Virus record (IMG/VR): IMGVR_UViG_3300021964_000039 | Span: 1 to 64,000 of that record | Source: a virus | DNA: 64,000 nt | Strand: one strand, 5' to 3' | Part shown: positions 9,649 to 18,193 of the stretch, one piece after another | Numbering within the stretch: position 1 is the stretch's first letter | How the letters are laid out: each line of letters opens with the position of its first letter | The notes under the pieces: model-generated | Databases searched by the model: none | What the model was told of the DNA's origin: nothing | Seen by the model: the letters and a program-made list of their open reading frames with translations, nothing else | Made by a program: the position numbers and the translations under genes

Positions 9649-10491
9649 ATGGCTAATTATGCAAGTTACAAAAAAGTAAATCCAGATCAAATCCCTGCTA
9701 ATGAACTACAGGCTGATAATTTTCAACCCGGTGCTGGAAATAATCTTGGTGTTTTGGTTGTAGGCCAGGCTAGAGGATTGTGTTGTCAGCAATGTGCTAA
9801 TGGCGGCGGATGTGTGTGCCAAGCATGTGGTGTGTCGTGTTCATGGACAGTTCCAGCTGGTACTAGCAGAGCAACATTTGAAGTTTGGAGCGGTGGCGGA
9901 TCTGGTGGCGGTGGTTGCCAGTGCTGTTGTTGTAAACACAGCCTAGGTGGTGCAGGCGGCACCTATGCTATAAAGAGTATTCCAGTCAGCCCTGGTGATA
10001 CATATACAATATGTGCTGGCGGAACATATAGATGTTCTGCAGTCAGACAATGTGTTGGCGGAATGGGTTGCGCAAGTTATGTAACTGGGCCTGGTTTGAG
10101 CAACTTCTGTGCCCAAGGAGGTTGTAGCGGTTGGGTTTGTGAAGGCGATGCATGGGGACCAAGAACTGGTAGAGCATGTGCTAATTGCGGTTGTTGCGGT
10201 TGTGGATTCCATGGTGCTGATTTTGGAATTATGGGAACTGTAGGTATGAGAACAGGCGGCGGCGGTTATAACTGTCGTAGAAAATCTGCACAAGGTGGCA
10301 ACCCTCCTGTTATTGGACAATGGGGCAACGTATCCGCATCAGAAGCATGGTGTTCTTGTGCATGTTATATTAAATGGCCTGCGGGAGGCGGAATGAGTGC
10401 AGTAGGAACATATGGTTGTTACACTTATGCAAACTGCTGTAACGCTGGTGGCCAAGGTGGCTCAGGAATAGTTAAAGTAACGTTTGCATAA
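9649..10491 (+). CDS. Cys/Gly-rich putative fibre-tip/adhesin protein, paralog 3
   Basis: About 31 Cys in 280 aa including CQCCCC, colinear with paralogs 1 and 2. Confidence 0.65.
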   Translation: MANYASYKKVNPDQIPANELQADNFQPGAGNNLGVLVVGQARGLCCQQCANGGGCVCQACGVSCSWTVPAGTSRATFEVWSGGGSGGGGCQCCCCKHSLGGAGGTYAIKSIPVSPGDTYTICAGGTYRCSAVRQCVGGMGCASYVTGPGLSNFCAQGGCSGWVCEGDAWGPRTGRACANCGCCGCGFHGADFGIMGTVGMRTGGGGYNCRRKSAQGGNPPVIGQWGNVSASEAWCSCACYIKWPAGGGMSAVGTYGCYTYANCCNAGGQGGSGIVKVTFA

Positions 10492-10494
10492 ATA
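10489..10494 (+). promoter_or_regulatory. Late promoter core TAAATA before the chaperone gene
   Basis: Recurrent motif, overlaps the stop codon. Confidence 0.55.
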
Positions 10495-10514
10495 TATACA
10501 AGGAGTATTAAGAC

Positions 10515-11246
10515 ATGGCAGACATAAGTGTTGAATTTACGTATAACGTGCCAGACAAATGGTTAGAAGATACGTTCGATGAAGGAAAAACGGATACGTA
10601 CACTTACGAGGGTCCGCAATTTCTCACATTTCAAATTGATAATGACACAGGCAGAGAAGTAGGATGGTGTTTAATACACCCTGAAGAATTAGAAAGACCT
10701 ACACCGCTCAATGTTACTAGAGTAACAGTTGACTGCGAGGAAGAACCGTTTCTATGTGAAATCGCAAATGATATAGGTAGAGATGATGCTGCAGAAATGA
10801 GATTTAATCGAACTTGGAGCATTGATGTTGCAGCTCCAGAAGGTTACGAACCTATTGAAATACCCGATGAATATGAACCACGGGACTTCTATGATGAATT
10901 CAACATTACATATGATTTCGATACCGATGAATTCAATATTCCAGTGCGTACTTGGATAACACTCAAAGGCATCAATCCTGACGATGTAACCTGGGAGCAT
11001 TTTAGGGCATATAGAAATAACTTACTAAAGGAAGCAGACGGCAGAGTAGATTCAACAATGCCGCAAGAGTTTATAGATCAATGGGTTGACTACAAAACTA
11101 AACTTCGAGATGCTCCGGAAACATTACAAGCAGCAGGTGTAACACCATTCCAAGCATCACTAATGTTGCCACCGGAACCGGAAGTAATGGAACAAACAAG
11201 TGTAGATCCATTTGAAGATCTATTAGGTGATCAAACTCCTACATAA
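10515..11246 (+). CDS. Tail fibre assembly chaperone-like protein
   Basis: C-terminal RAYRNNLLKEAD...W..YKTKLRDAP matches the phage tail assembly chaperone pattern. Directly follows the fibre genes. SD AGGAG. Confidence 0.6.
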   Translation: MADISVEFTYNVPDKWLEDTFDEGKTDTYTYEGPQFLTFQIDNDTGREVGWCLIHPEELERPTPLNVTRVTVDCEEEPFLCEIANDIGRDDAAEMRFNRTWSIDVAAPEGYEPIEIPDEYEPRDFYDEFNITYDFDTDEFNIPVRTWITLKGINPDDVTWEHFRAYRNNLLKEADGRVDSTMPQEFIDQWVDYKTKLRDAPETLQAAGVTPFQASLMLPPEPEVMEQTSVDPFEDLLGDQTPT

Positions 11247-11280
11247 ATCCACATTGTTAAAGAGCAGTGATTTTGTTCAA

Positions 11281-11327
11281 TAAATATCTTGCAATATTAA
11301 GTAAACTAGTGTAAACTAATATTGTAA
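11281..11327 (+). promoter_or_regulatory. Composite promoter of the enzyme cluster: TAAATA plus TTGCAA-17-TAAACT, with repeats
   Basis: TAAATA 11281-11286, TTGCAA 11289-11294, TAAACT 11312-11317. Confidence 0.45.
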
Positions 11328-11339
11328 TAGGAGATTAAA

Positions 11340-12389
11340 TTGAACAGATCCACTGCTTTTTTTATGAACGGCGGAGCAGGCCGTGTAATAAGTTCTATAC
11401 CTGCTTTCGAAAAATATGCTGAAGAAAATCCAGACGACAATTTCATTATTGTTTGTGAAGGAGGTATGGATTTTTTTAGAGGACATCCAACCTTGCACGG
11501 AAGATGTTATGACCATTGGCACAAAGGACTTTTTGAAGAACATATAAAGGATAGGAATTGTGTAAGTCCCGAACCTTACAGAGTTTGGGAATATTATAAT
11601 CAACAGTGTAGTTTAGCTCAAGCGTTTGATATTGCTATTTCAAACAAAGGAGTACGTGAGTTAAATATTCCAAAAATTTATCACAACAAACACGAAATAG
11701 TACAAGCATTTAATATACTAAAGGAAATTAAATCACAAACAGGATTGGATAAAGTTCTTGTAATTCAACCATTTGGAAGAACAACTGAAAATCATTCTGA
11801 TTTTATTATTGATGGTTCTAGCAGAAGTTTCACTTTAAATGACACAATAGAAATGATAGATGAATTTAAGAAAGACTATTCTGTGGTGCTTATGAGCGAA
11901 TTTCCAGTAACACTAGATGAAAAAAATACACATCCGGTTGCTATGCCAACTATTCCTGATTTAAGGATATGGAGTGCATTAATAGAAATTTCTGATCATT
12001 TCTTAGGATGCGATAGTGTTGGACAACATATTGCAAAAGCAGTAGGCACTACAGCAACAGTGGTTATTGGAAGCACATTTCCTGTTAATACTTCATATCC
12101 GGGACACAAAGACTTTGACATTTTTGATGTAGGAGAAGGAAAAAGAAAGTATAGCCCAATAAGACTTACTATGGAAGAAGAACAAGACAGATATAATGAT
12201 GAAGTAATGGAATTAACACAAAAAACAAAAAAAGAAATAATTGAAACAGTCAAAAAAAGATTAGGAAAAAGTACAAAATTTACCCAAAAAATGACTCAAA
12301 CGACTGCTCAGCAAAATGATGTTTGTCCTACACACGGAGTAGTACATAATCAGCAACCTGCACAAATATTAGGTAGAACAGGACAATAG
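11340..12389 (+). CDS. GT9-like (heptosyltransferase-like) glycosyltransferase
   Basis: N-terminal GGAGRVISSIPA and DHFLGCDSVGQHIAKAVGT resemble GT9 (g.GD...; d.fig.DSG..HlA.A.g). TTG start with SD AGGAG. Confidence 0.55.
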   Translation: MNRSTAFFMNGGAGRVISSIPAFEKYAEENPDDNFIIVCEGGMDFFRGHPTLHGRCYDHWHKGLFEEHIKDRNCVSPEPYRVWEYYNQQCSLAQAFDIAISNKGVRELNIPKIYHNKHEIVQAFNILKEIKSQTGLDKVLVIQPFGRTTENHSDFIIDGSSRSFTLNDTIEMIDEFKKDYSVVLMSEFPVTLDEKNTHPVAMPTIPDLRIWSALIEISDHFLGCDSVGQHIAKAVGTTATVVIGSTFPVNTSYPGHKDFDIFDVGEGKRKYSPIRLTMEEEQDRYNDEVMELTQKTKKEIIETVKKRLGKSTKFTQKMTQTTAQQNDVCPTHGVVHNQQPAQILGRTGQ

Positions 12390-12399
12390 GAGAACTTTT

Positions 12400-14193
12400 A
12401 TGCCACAATGGATAGCCGGAATAACTAGAGGACATAACGCTGGAGTTTGTTTGCTTAGAGACGGCGAAATAGTATTTTCTATTGAAGAAGAAAGACTATC
12501 CAGACAAAAATACGACGGCGGCCCCTTAGCGGCAATGCTAAAGATATTAGATTATACTGATAAACTTGACTACTTAGTTGTTGCCCATACACAACCTTTG
12601 TCACAAGCTCCGGCTATAGATTTTACAGGAGACAATGTCTATACAGGATTTGCTAGAAAACTTGGATTAATTGACCGCAAACAAGATTTAATTAATCATC
12701 CTCAAGTAATAGATTATTCCTTTGTCCATCATAAATTACATGCTAGTTGTGCCTTTTATAGATCTGGCTTTGAAAGTGCTACAGCAGTCATTGTTGACGG
12801 AGCAGGTTCATTTATTCCTATGAACTTTGGCTCTGATTCGGAAATGACTTGGGAGCTAGAAAGCTATTTTACATGCGAATATCCTGCAAAATTTAAGACT
12901 ATTTACAAGCATTTAGGAGGTAGAGGTCCTTGGTTAGGAGCCAAGATGCAAGTGTCTAGTTCTCGAGAAGGAGAGCAAGGTGAACATGAAATGATTATTG
13001 ACGATACCGGCGGTATAGTTAAAGGATACGAAGCTGTTACACAATACTGCGGTTGGGCACCTATCGAAGCAGGCAAGACTATGGGACTAGCACCTTACGG
13101 CAAACCAAATGATCTAATTCCTCCTATTTACACAGATGGCGGAGGTAGTGGTGAATGGAGAACTACTAATCGAAATTTAATTATACCTACATTTCCTAAC
13201 GGAGCTGCTGTAGCCGAAACAAGATTTACAGAATTAAATACTCCAGACGAGCCTATTGAAGATTTAACAAAATTACAAAATAGACGAGATTTAGCATATG
13301 CTGTACAAGCTGAAAGTCAACAAGAAGTATTAGATTTAATTATACAGGCTGTTGAGAAGACAGGAAACAAAAATGTTGTTTTAAGTGGAGGATATGGTTT
13401 AAATTGTGTAGCAAACTATTGGTATCTTGATAAGTTAAAGGAATATGATATCAACTTATATGTTGAACCTATATCAAGTGATGCAGGTACTGCTATTGGT
13501 GCAGCATTATTACATTATCATTTAATAGAAGAAGATAATTGTGTACGAGAGTACGGAGATAGTTTATATCTCGGACCAACATATACATATACCGAGTCAG
13601 AAGTAGACGAACTTATAGAAAAATATGATGGCGTATCTAAGTCAACAAATAAACAAGAGATTGCTAATTTAATAGCTGAAAAGAATATTGTTACAATTTT
13701 TCAAGGAGGGGCTGAAAGCGGACCTAGAGCATTAGGTAATAGAAGTATACTTTTTGATCCAACTTATGAAGACGGTAAAGACTTTGTAAATCAAGTAAAG
13801 CGCAGAGAATATTTCCGACCTTTTGCAGGTAGTATTTTACATGAACATGCACATGAATGGTTTGATATGAAAGGGTTGGAAGAGAGTCCTCATATGATGT
13901 ATGCTATGAACTGTCAGCCCGGCGTAGAAGAAAAGATTCCTTCAATTATTCATGTAGACGGAACTTGTAGAATACAAACAGTTAAACGTGAACAAAATCC
14001 ACATTACTATGACTTAATAAATGAATTTTATAAACTTAAAGATGTTCCTATAGTGTTTAATACAAGTTTTAATTTAGGTGGTGAACCGTTAGTAGAAACT
14101 TTAGATGATGCAGTCCGTACCCTAGTACATAGTGATATAGAATATCTATATCTTCCTGAATTAGAAAAACTTATCAAAATAGAAAACGAATGA
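12400..14193 (+). CDS. Carbamoyltransferase, NodU/CmcH/TobZ family
   Basis: GHNAG, EEERLSRQK, HHKLHA, GKTMGLAPYG, SGGYGLNCVAN, ESGPRALGNRSIL, KRREYFRPFA, HVDGTCRIQTV, NTSFNLGGEP. Confidence 0.93.
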   Translation: MPQWIAGITRGHNAGVCLLRDGEIVFSIEEERLSRQKYDGGPLAAMLKILDYTDKLDYLVVAHTQPLSQAPAIDFTGDNVYTGFARKLGLIDRKQDLINHPQVIDYSFVHHKLHASCAFYRSGFESATAVIVDGAGSFIPMNFGSDSEMTWELESYFTCEYPAKFKTIYKHLGGRGPWLGAKMQVSSSREGEQGEHEMIIDDTGGIVKGYEAVTQYCGWAPIEAGKTMGLAPYGKPNDLIPPIYTDGGGSGEWRTTNRNLIIPTFPNGAAVAETRFTELNTPDEPIEDLTKLQNRRDLAYAVQAESQQEVLDLIIQAVEKTGNKNVVLSGGYGLNCVANYWYLDKLKEYDINLYVEPISSDAGTAIGAALLHYHLIEEDNCVREYGDSLYLGPTYTYTESEVDELIEKYDGVSKSTNKQEIANLIAEKNIVTIFQGGAESGPRALGNRSILFDPTYEDGKDFVNQVKRREYFRPFAGSILHEHAHEWFDMKGLEESPHMMYAMNCQPGVEEKIPSIIHVDGTCRIQTVKREQNPHYYDLINEFYKLKDVPIVFNTSFNLGGEPLVETLDDAVRTLVHSDIEYLYLPELEKLIKIENE

Positions 14194-14939
14194 TCAAACA
14201 ACAAATACTAAGCCATATTGAAAATAATTTTTCCGATACGTATTCTATCCACGAAGAATATAGAAGCCATCCTTATTACTGTTTAATAGAGAAAAAAAAT
14301 TTTTTGCCGGCAAATATTGTAAAGATGCTCAGTGACGAATTGGATAATATTCCATTAGACAAGTGTAAGAAGTTTACTAGAAAAAGTAGTTGTATGTATG
14401 AACATAATAACCTTGATGAAACACCGATTGCAGATGCTGTAGTAAACACACTACATGGAAGTACATTTTTAAATTGGCTTCAAAAAGCCACCGGTACTGT
14501 AGATTTAATACCAGATCCTCATTTAATAGGAGCCGGTTATGCAAAAAGTTTTACAGGAGATAGTTTACAAGTACATACAGATTTTAATTGGAACGACCAA
14601 CTTAGGTTACACAGAATGTTAAGTGTTATAATTTATCTTAACGATGATTGGAATGACGACTGGGGAGGAAATTTAGAATTTTACGACACAGAAAGAAAAA
14701 CAAAAATAAATGAAGTGAAACCTGATAATGGTAATCTATTGATTTGGAGATATCATAATTTAGCCTATCACGGGTATCCTTCTCCAATGAAATGTCCCAA
14801 AAACAAATCAAGAAAAAATTTAAGATTATTTTACTATGTAAGTAATGCAAGTTACGATGATAGACATCCTCCGCATAGGAGTTTATATTGGTTTGATGAT
14901 AAAGAGAAAGTACCATACGACGTGCCATGGAAAAAATAA
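14190..14939 (+). CDS. 2OG-Fe(II) oxygenase
   Basis: HTD (HxD), IIYLN..W...WGGNLE, distal YHG, C-terminal R..L..FYY. Confidence 0.85.
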   Translation: MIKQQILSHIENNFSDTYSIHEEYRSHPYYCLIEKKNFLPANIVKMLSDELDNIPLDKCKKFTRKSSCMYEHNNLDETPIADAVVNTLHGSTFLNWLQKATGTVDLIPDPHLIGAGYAKSFTGDSLQVHTDFNWNDQLRLHRMLSVIIYLNDDWNDDWGGNLEFYDTERKTKINEVKPDNGNLLIWRYHNLAYHGYPSPMKCPKNKSRKNLRLFYYVSNASYDDRHPPHRSLYWFDDKEKVPYDVPWKK

Positions 14940-15445
14940 GTTTAGATTTACCAAATTTTAAATACAAAACACTACGTTATACCAACATGCATAATGTTGG
15001 ATATGAATCAAGAAGTAACAAATATGAAAAGCAAAACGAATTATATAGACGGGTAGGATACAACACAAAAAATTCTGCCTACAAACAAACTTTCGAAGTA
15101 GACCAAGATATAAACAATTTTGCATCTACATTATTTGAAAGATTTACAATAAGTGTAATGTGCCAAGCACCTGGACAAACATTGCCTGAACACTTAGATA
15201 CCTTTTACTCAATTAGTAAGAAGTTTAATGTAGATCCAAAAAAATGTTGTAGAGTGAATATTTTTTTAGAAGATTGGAAATCCGGTCATTATTTTGAAAT
15301 AAATGAAAATCCAGTCTTGCAATGGAAAGCAGGAGATGCTATAATTATAGAGTTAGATGAGCCTCATTTAAGTGGTAATATGGGGTTAACTAATAAGTAT
15401 ACCATGCAAGTTACAGGAGTTAAGGATGAATTTAAGAGGTGCTAA
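14927..15445 (+). CDS. Cupin/2OG-Fe(II) hydroxylase-like protein
   Basis: PGQTLPEHLD (HxD), W..GD, PHLSGN distal His. Confidence 0.65.
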   Translation: MEKISLDLPNFKYKTLRYTNMHNVGYESRSNKYEKQNELYRRVGYNTKNSAYKQTFEVDQDINNFASTLFERFTISVMCQAPGQTLPEHLDTFYSISKKFNVDPKKCCRVNIFLEDWKSGHYFEINENPVLQWKAGDAIIIELDEPHLSGNMGLTNKYTMQVTGVKDEFKRC

Positions 15446-16292
15446 ACCTATAAATGATAACAGCATAAGAGAATTTATTTCATCCATAGATAATAATAGT
15501 TTGTACGACGATTCTTTACCTGAGAAATTTATTCATAATTTTTTTGATTGGATAGTATCTAGCAAAAATAATAGTATCAAAGGTTTAGAAAATTTTACAA
15601 ATAGAAAACTTTGTGCTGGAACTGCTCAAGCATTTGATCACTTTTATTTGAAACACAAAAATAAACGATTTAGATTTTTTAAAGGCGAATTTATGTATCA
15701 TTCAGCATGTTTGAAAAATTATGGGAAATTCGAATTCCTTGAAAATGCTAGGTTAGATTATAATGACGCAGTAATAATTAGTATACCATTTAGTGATACA
15801 GGTAGCCAAAAAAACATCGACGAATTGCTGTTTAATTGCTATGGATTGGATATTCCAGTATTGCTAGATTTTGCATATTACCCTTGTACAAAAAATATAG
15901 AAATTAATCTAGATAAATTTTCAGCAGTAGAAACAGTTTGCTTTAGTATAAGCAAAGCCTTTTACGGAGCAGAATTTTTACGTGTAGGAATGAGATTACA
16001 AAAAGAAAATACTGACGACGGTATAGATGTCTTTAACAGTGTAGAGATGGTTAACCGTTGTTCTGTAAACATTGCCAATGAACTAATTAGAAATTACAGT
16101 GTAGATTATAACTGGCAAAAGTACAAAGAGGTATACAAAACAGTTATTAATGAAAATAATTTGTTAGAAACAGATTGTATTATGTTTGGATTAGGCGGTA
16201 AAGAATATGCTGATTATAATAGAGGCGGTGATGTTAATAGAGTATGTGTGTCTGAATTAATAGGAGAAAAGATTAATGGCATTAGTAAGTAG
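15426..16292 (+). CDS. PLP-dependent (fold type I) aminotransferase-like enzyme
   Basis: LLDFAYYP (DxAY), FSISKAF (Schiff-base Lys), LRVG. Confidence 0.7.
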   Translation: MNLRGAKPINDNSIREFISSIDNNSLYDDSLPEKFIHNFFDWIVSSKNNSIKGLENFTNRKLCAGTAQAFDHFYLKHKNKRFRFFKGEFMYHSACLKNYGKFEFLENARLDYNDAVIISIPFSDTGSQKNIDELLFNCYGLDIPVLLDFAYYPCTKNIEINLDKFSAVETVCFSISKAFYGAEFLRVGMRLQKENTDDGIDVFNSVEMVNRCSVNIANELIRNYSVDYNWQKYKEVYKTVINENNLLETDCIMFGLGGKEYADYNRGGDVNRVCVSELIGEKINGISK

Positions 16293-17337
16293 TCATAATG
16301 ACTGGGATCCTTTAGAGGAAATTTTTGTAGGAGTAGCGGATCACGCAAGAATTCCTACTATCGACGCAAGTACACATAGTTTTGGATTTGCAGACTTTTC
16401 TTATGATGATATTAAGGATTTAGAAGGACCAAGTCCGCAATGGGTTATAGATGAAGCAAATGAAGATTTAGATAACCTAGCAAATGAACTCCGTAAACTA
16501 GGTGTAATTGTAAGACGTCCAGAAGCAATCGATCATTCAAAATCATTTAAATCCCCAGATTGGGAAACTACAGGTTGGTATACATATTGTCCAAGAGATT
16601 TATTATTACCTTTAGATAATTTAATCATTGATTGTCCGGGAGCAATGAGAGCAAGACAGTACGAAACACTTGCATATCGTGATTTCTTATACGATGTAGT
16701 AGATAACGGTGGAGAATGGTTAAGTGCACCAAGACCTAGACTATTAGATAGTAGTTATCAACTAGATGATTTAAGTATTCCTACATTAACTAATGAAGAA
16801 ATAGTTTTTGATGCTCCTAATGTAGTTAGACTAGGTAAAGATTTAATTTATCAAGTTTCTAATTCAGGCAACTTGTGGGGATACAAATGGTTACGTAACT
16901 TGCTCGAACCACGTGGATACCGTATCCACCTAGCAGAAAAATTTTATAGTTATTCACATTTTGATTCAACTGTAATTCCTCTACGTCCAGGACTGGTATT
17001 GTTTAATGGCGATCGATGTACTCCTGATTGGTATCCACCTATATTTAAAGATTGGGATAAGATCTTCGTGCCCGGAGATCAAGTGATTGATATAGGCACA
17101 AACTTAGAAAACGGTGTTAGTCCTTGTTCAAAATATATAGGTTTAAACATGCTTAGTGTTAATGAAGAACTTGTAATTATAGATGAAAATCAACAATATG
17201 TCAGAAAAGAATTAGAAAAACATGGAATTGAAACTATTGGATTGCCCATGCGTCAAGCAAGAACATTAAGCGGCGGATTTCATTGTGTTACATTAGATAC
17301 AAAAAGAAAAGGACCCTGCGAGAATTATTTTGACTGA
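16276..17337 (+). CDS. Amidinotransferase, inosamine-phosphate amidinotransferase (StrB1)/AGAT family
   Basis: HNDWDPLEEIFVG, YCPRD, FDAPN (Asp), SHFDST (His), GGFHCVTLD (Cys): complete catalytic triad. Confidence 0.92.
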   Translation: MALVSSHNDWDPLEEIFVGVADHARIPTIDASTHSFGFADFSYDDIKDLEGPSPQWVIDEANEDLDNLANELRKLGVIVRRPEAIDHSKSFKSPDWETTGWYTYCPRDLLLPLDNLIIDCPGAMRARQYETLAYRDFLYDVVDNGGEWLSAPRPRLLDSSYQLDDLSIPTLTNEEIVFDAPNVVRLGKDLIYQVSNSGNLWGYKWLRNLLEPRGYRIHLAEKFYSYSHFDSTVIPLRPGLVLFNGDRCTPDWYPPIFKDWDKIFVPGDQVIDIGTNLENGVSPCSKYIGLNMLSVNEELVIIDENQQYVRKELEKHGIETIGLPMRQARTLSGGFHCVTLDTKRKGPCENYFD

Positions 17338-18193
17338 TAGAGGCTATCATATACCTTATCTTGAATGGATGATCACAACTAGTTGTGATCTAGCCTGTCC
17401 AGGATGTGATAGATTTATAGAATACGATCATAATTGGACTGAAAAATTACAAGACGTCAAACAGCGTATGGTTAAATGGTCAAAAAAGCTAGATCCAGAT
17501 AATCTGACATTAATAGGCGGTGAGCCGTTAATACATCCTGATTTATATGATATTATTAAACATGCTGCAAAATGCTTTGACCACAGCACTATAGAAATAT
17601 ATACTAACGGACTTTTACTACACAAAAAACCAAAATTATATAATACATTACGTAAGATTGGCAAAGCAAAGTTAAGTGTTACCTTACACAATAGGGATCC
17701 ACAAATAAGAAAATGGATTAATTATAACTTAGATAAACAATTTTTTCAAAAAGATAAATGGCGCAAAGTTGGAAAAAACTATTGGACTAGCGGAAATATT
17801 GAAATAGAAATAACCGACCCCACCAAAGGCGGTTGGTATGAATACCGCAAGAAAGTTAATGGACAACTGAAGCCATGGAATGATAATAATATAGAAAGTA
17901 GCTATAGTAACTGTACAGCTAACATTTATCCTATCATTTATAATAATAAGTTGTACAAGTGCCCTCCTATAAGTATGTTACTAACACAAGCAAAAAAATA
18001 TGGTTTGTTAAATGATAAAGATTGGGCACCTTATGTAAATTACACTCCATACAGTGTTGATGATAATTTAGAAGAATTTATTCAAAATATAAATTGTCCT
18101 CATGATATTTGCAATATGTGTCCTGCAAACCCTGTTCTTATAGAACAACCTGAGGCTGAAGTAAAGCATAATATGGAGAAATTAGTCATATGA
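17330..18193 (+). CDS. Radical SAM enzyme with C-terminal Cys cluster (SPASM/Twitch-like)
   Basis: CDLACPGC, GGEP, YTNG, later LYKCP and CNMCP. Confidence 0.85.
   Translation: MTDRGYHIPYLEWMITTSCDLACPGCDRFIEYDHNWTEKLQDVKQRMVKWSKKLDPDNLTLIGGEPLIHPDLYDIIKHAAKCFDHSTIEIYTNGLLLHKKPKLYNTLRKIGKAKLSVTLHNRDPQIRKWINYNLDKQFFQKDKWRKVGKNYWTSGNIEIEITDPTKGGWYEYRKKVNGQLKPWNDNNIESSYSNCTANIYPIIYNNKLYKCPPISMLLTQAKKYGLLNDKDWAPYVNYTPYSVDDNLEEFIQNINCPHDICNMCPANPVLIEQPEAEVKHNMEKLVI

Noticed and set aside
7938-10491. Diversity-generating retroelement acting on the three paralogs
   Set aside because: No reverse transcriptase in the window and no template/variable repeat pair differing only at adenines
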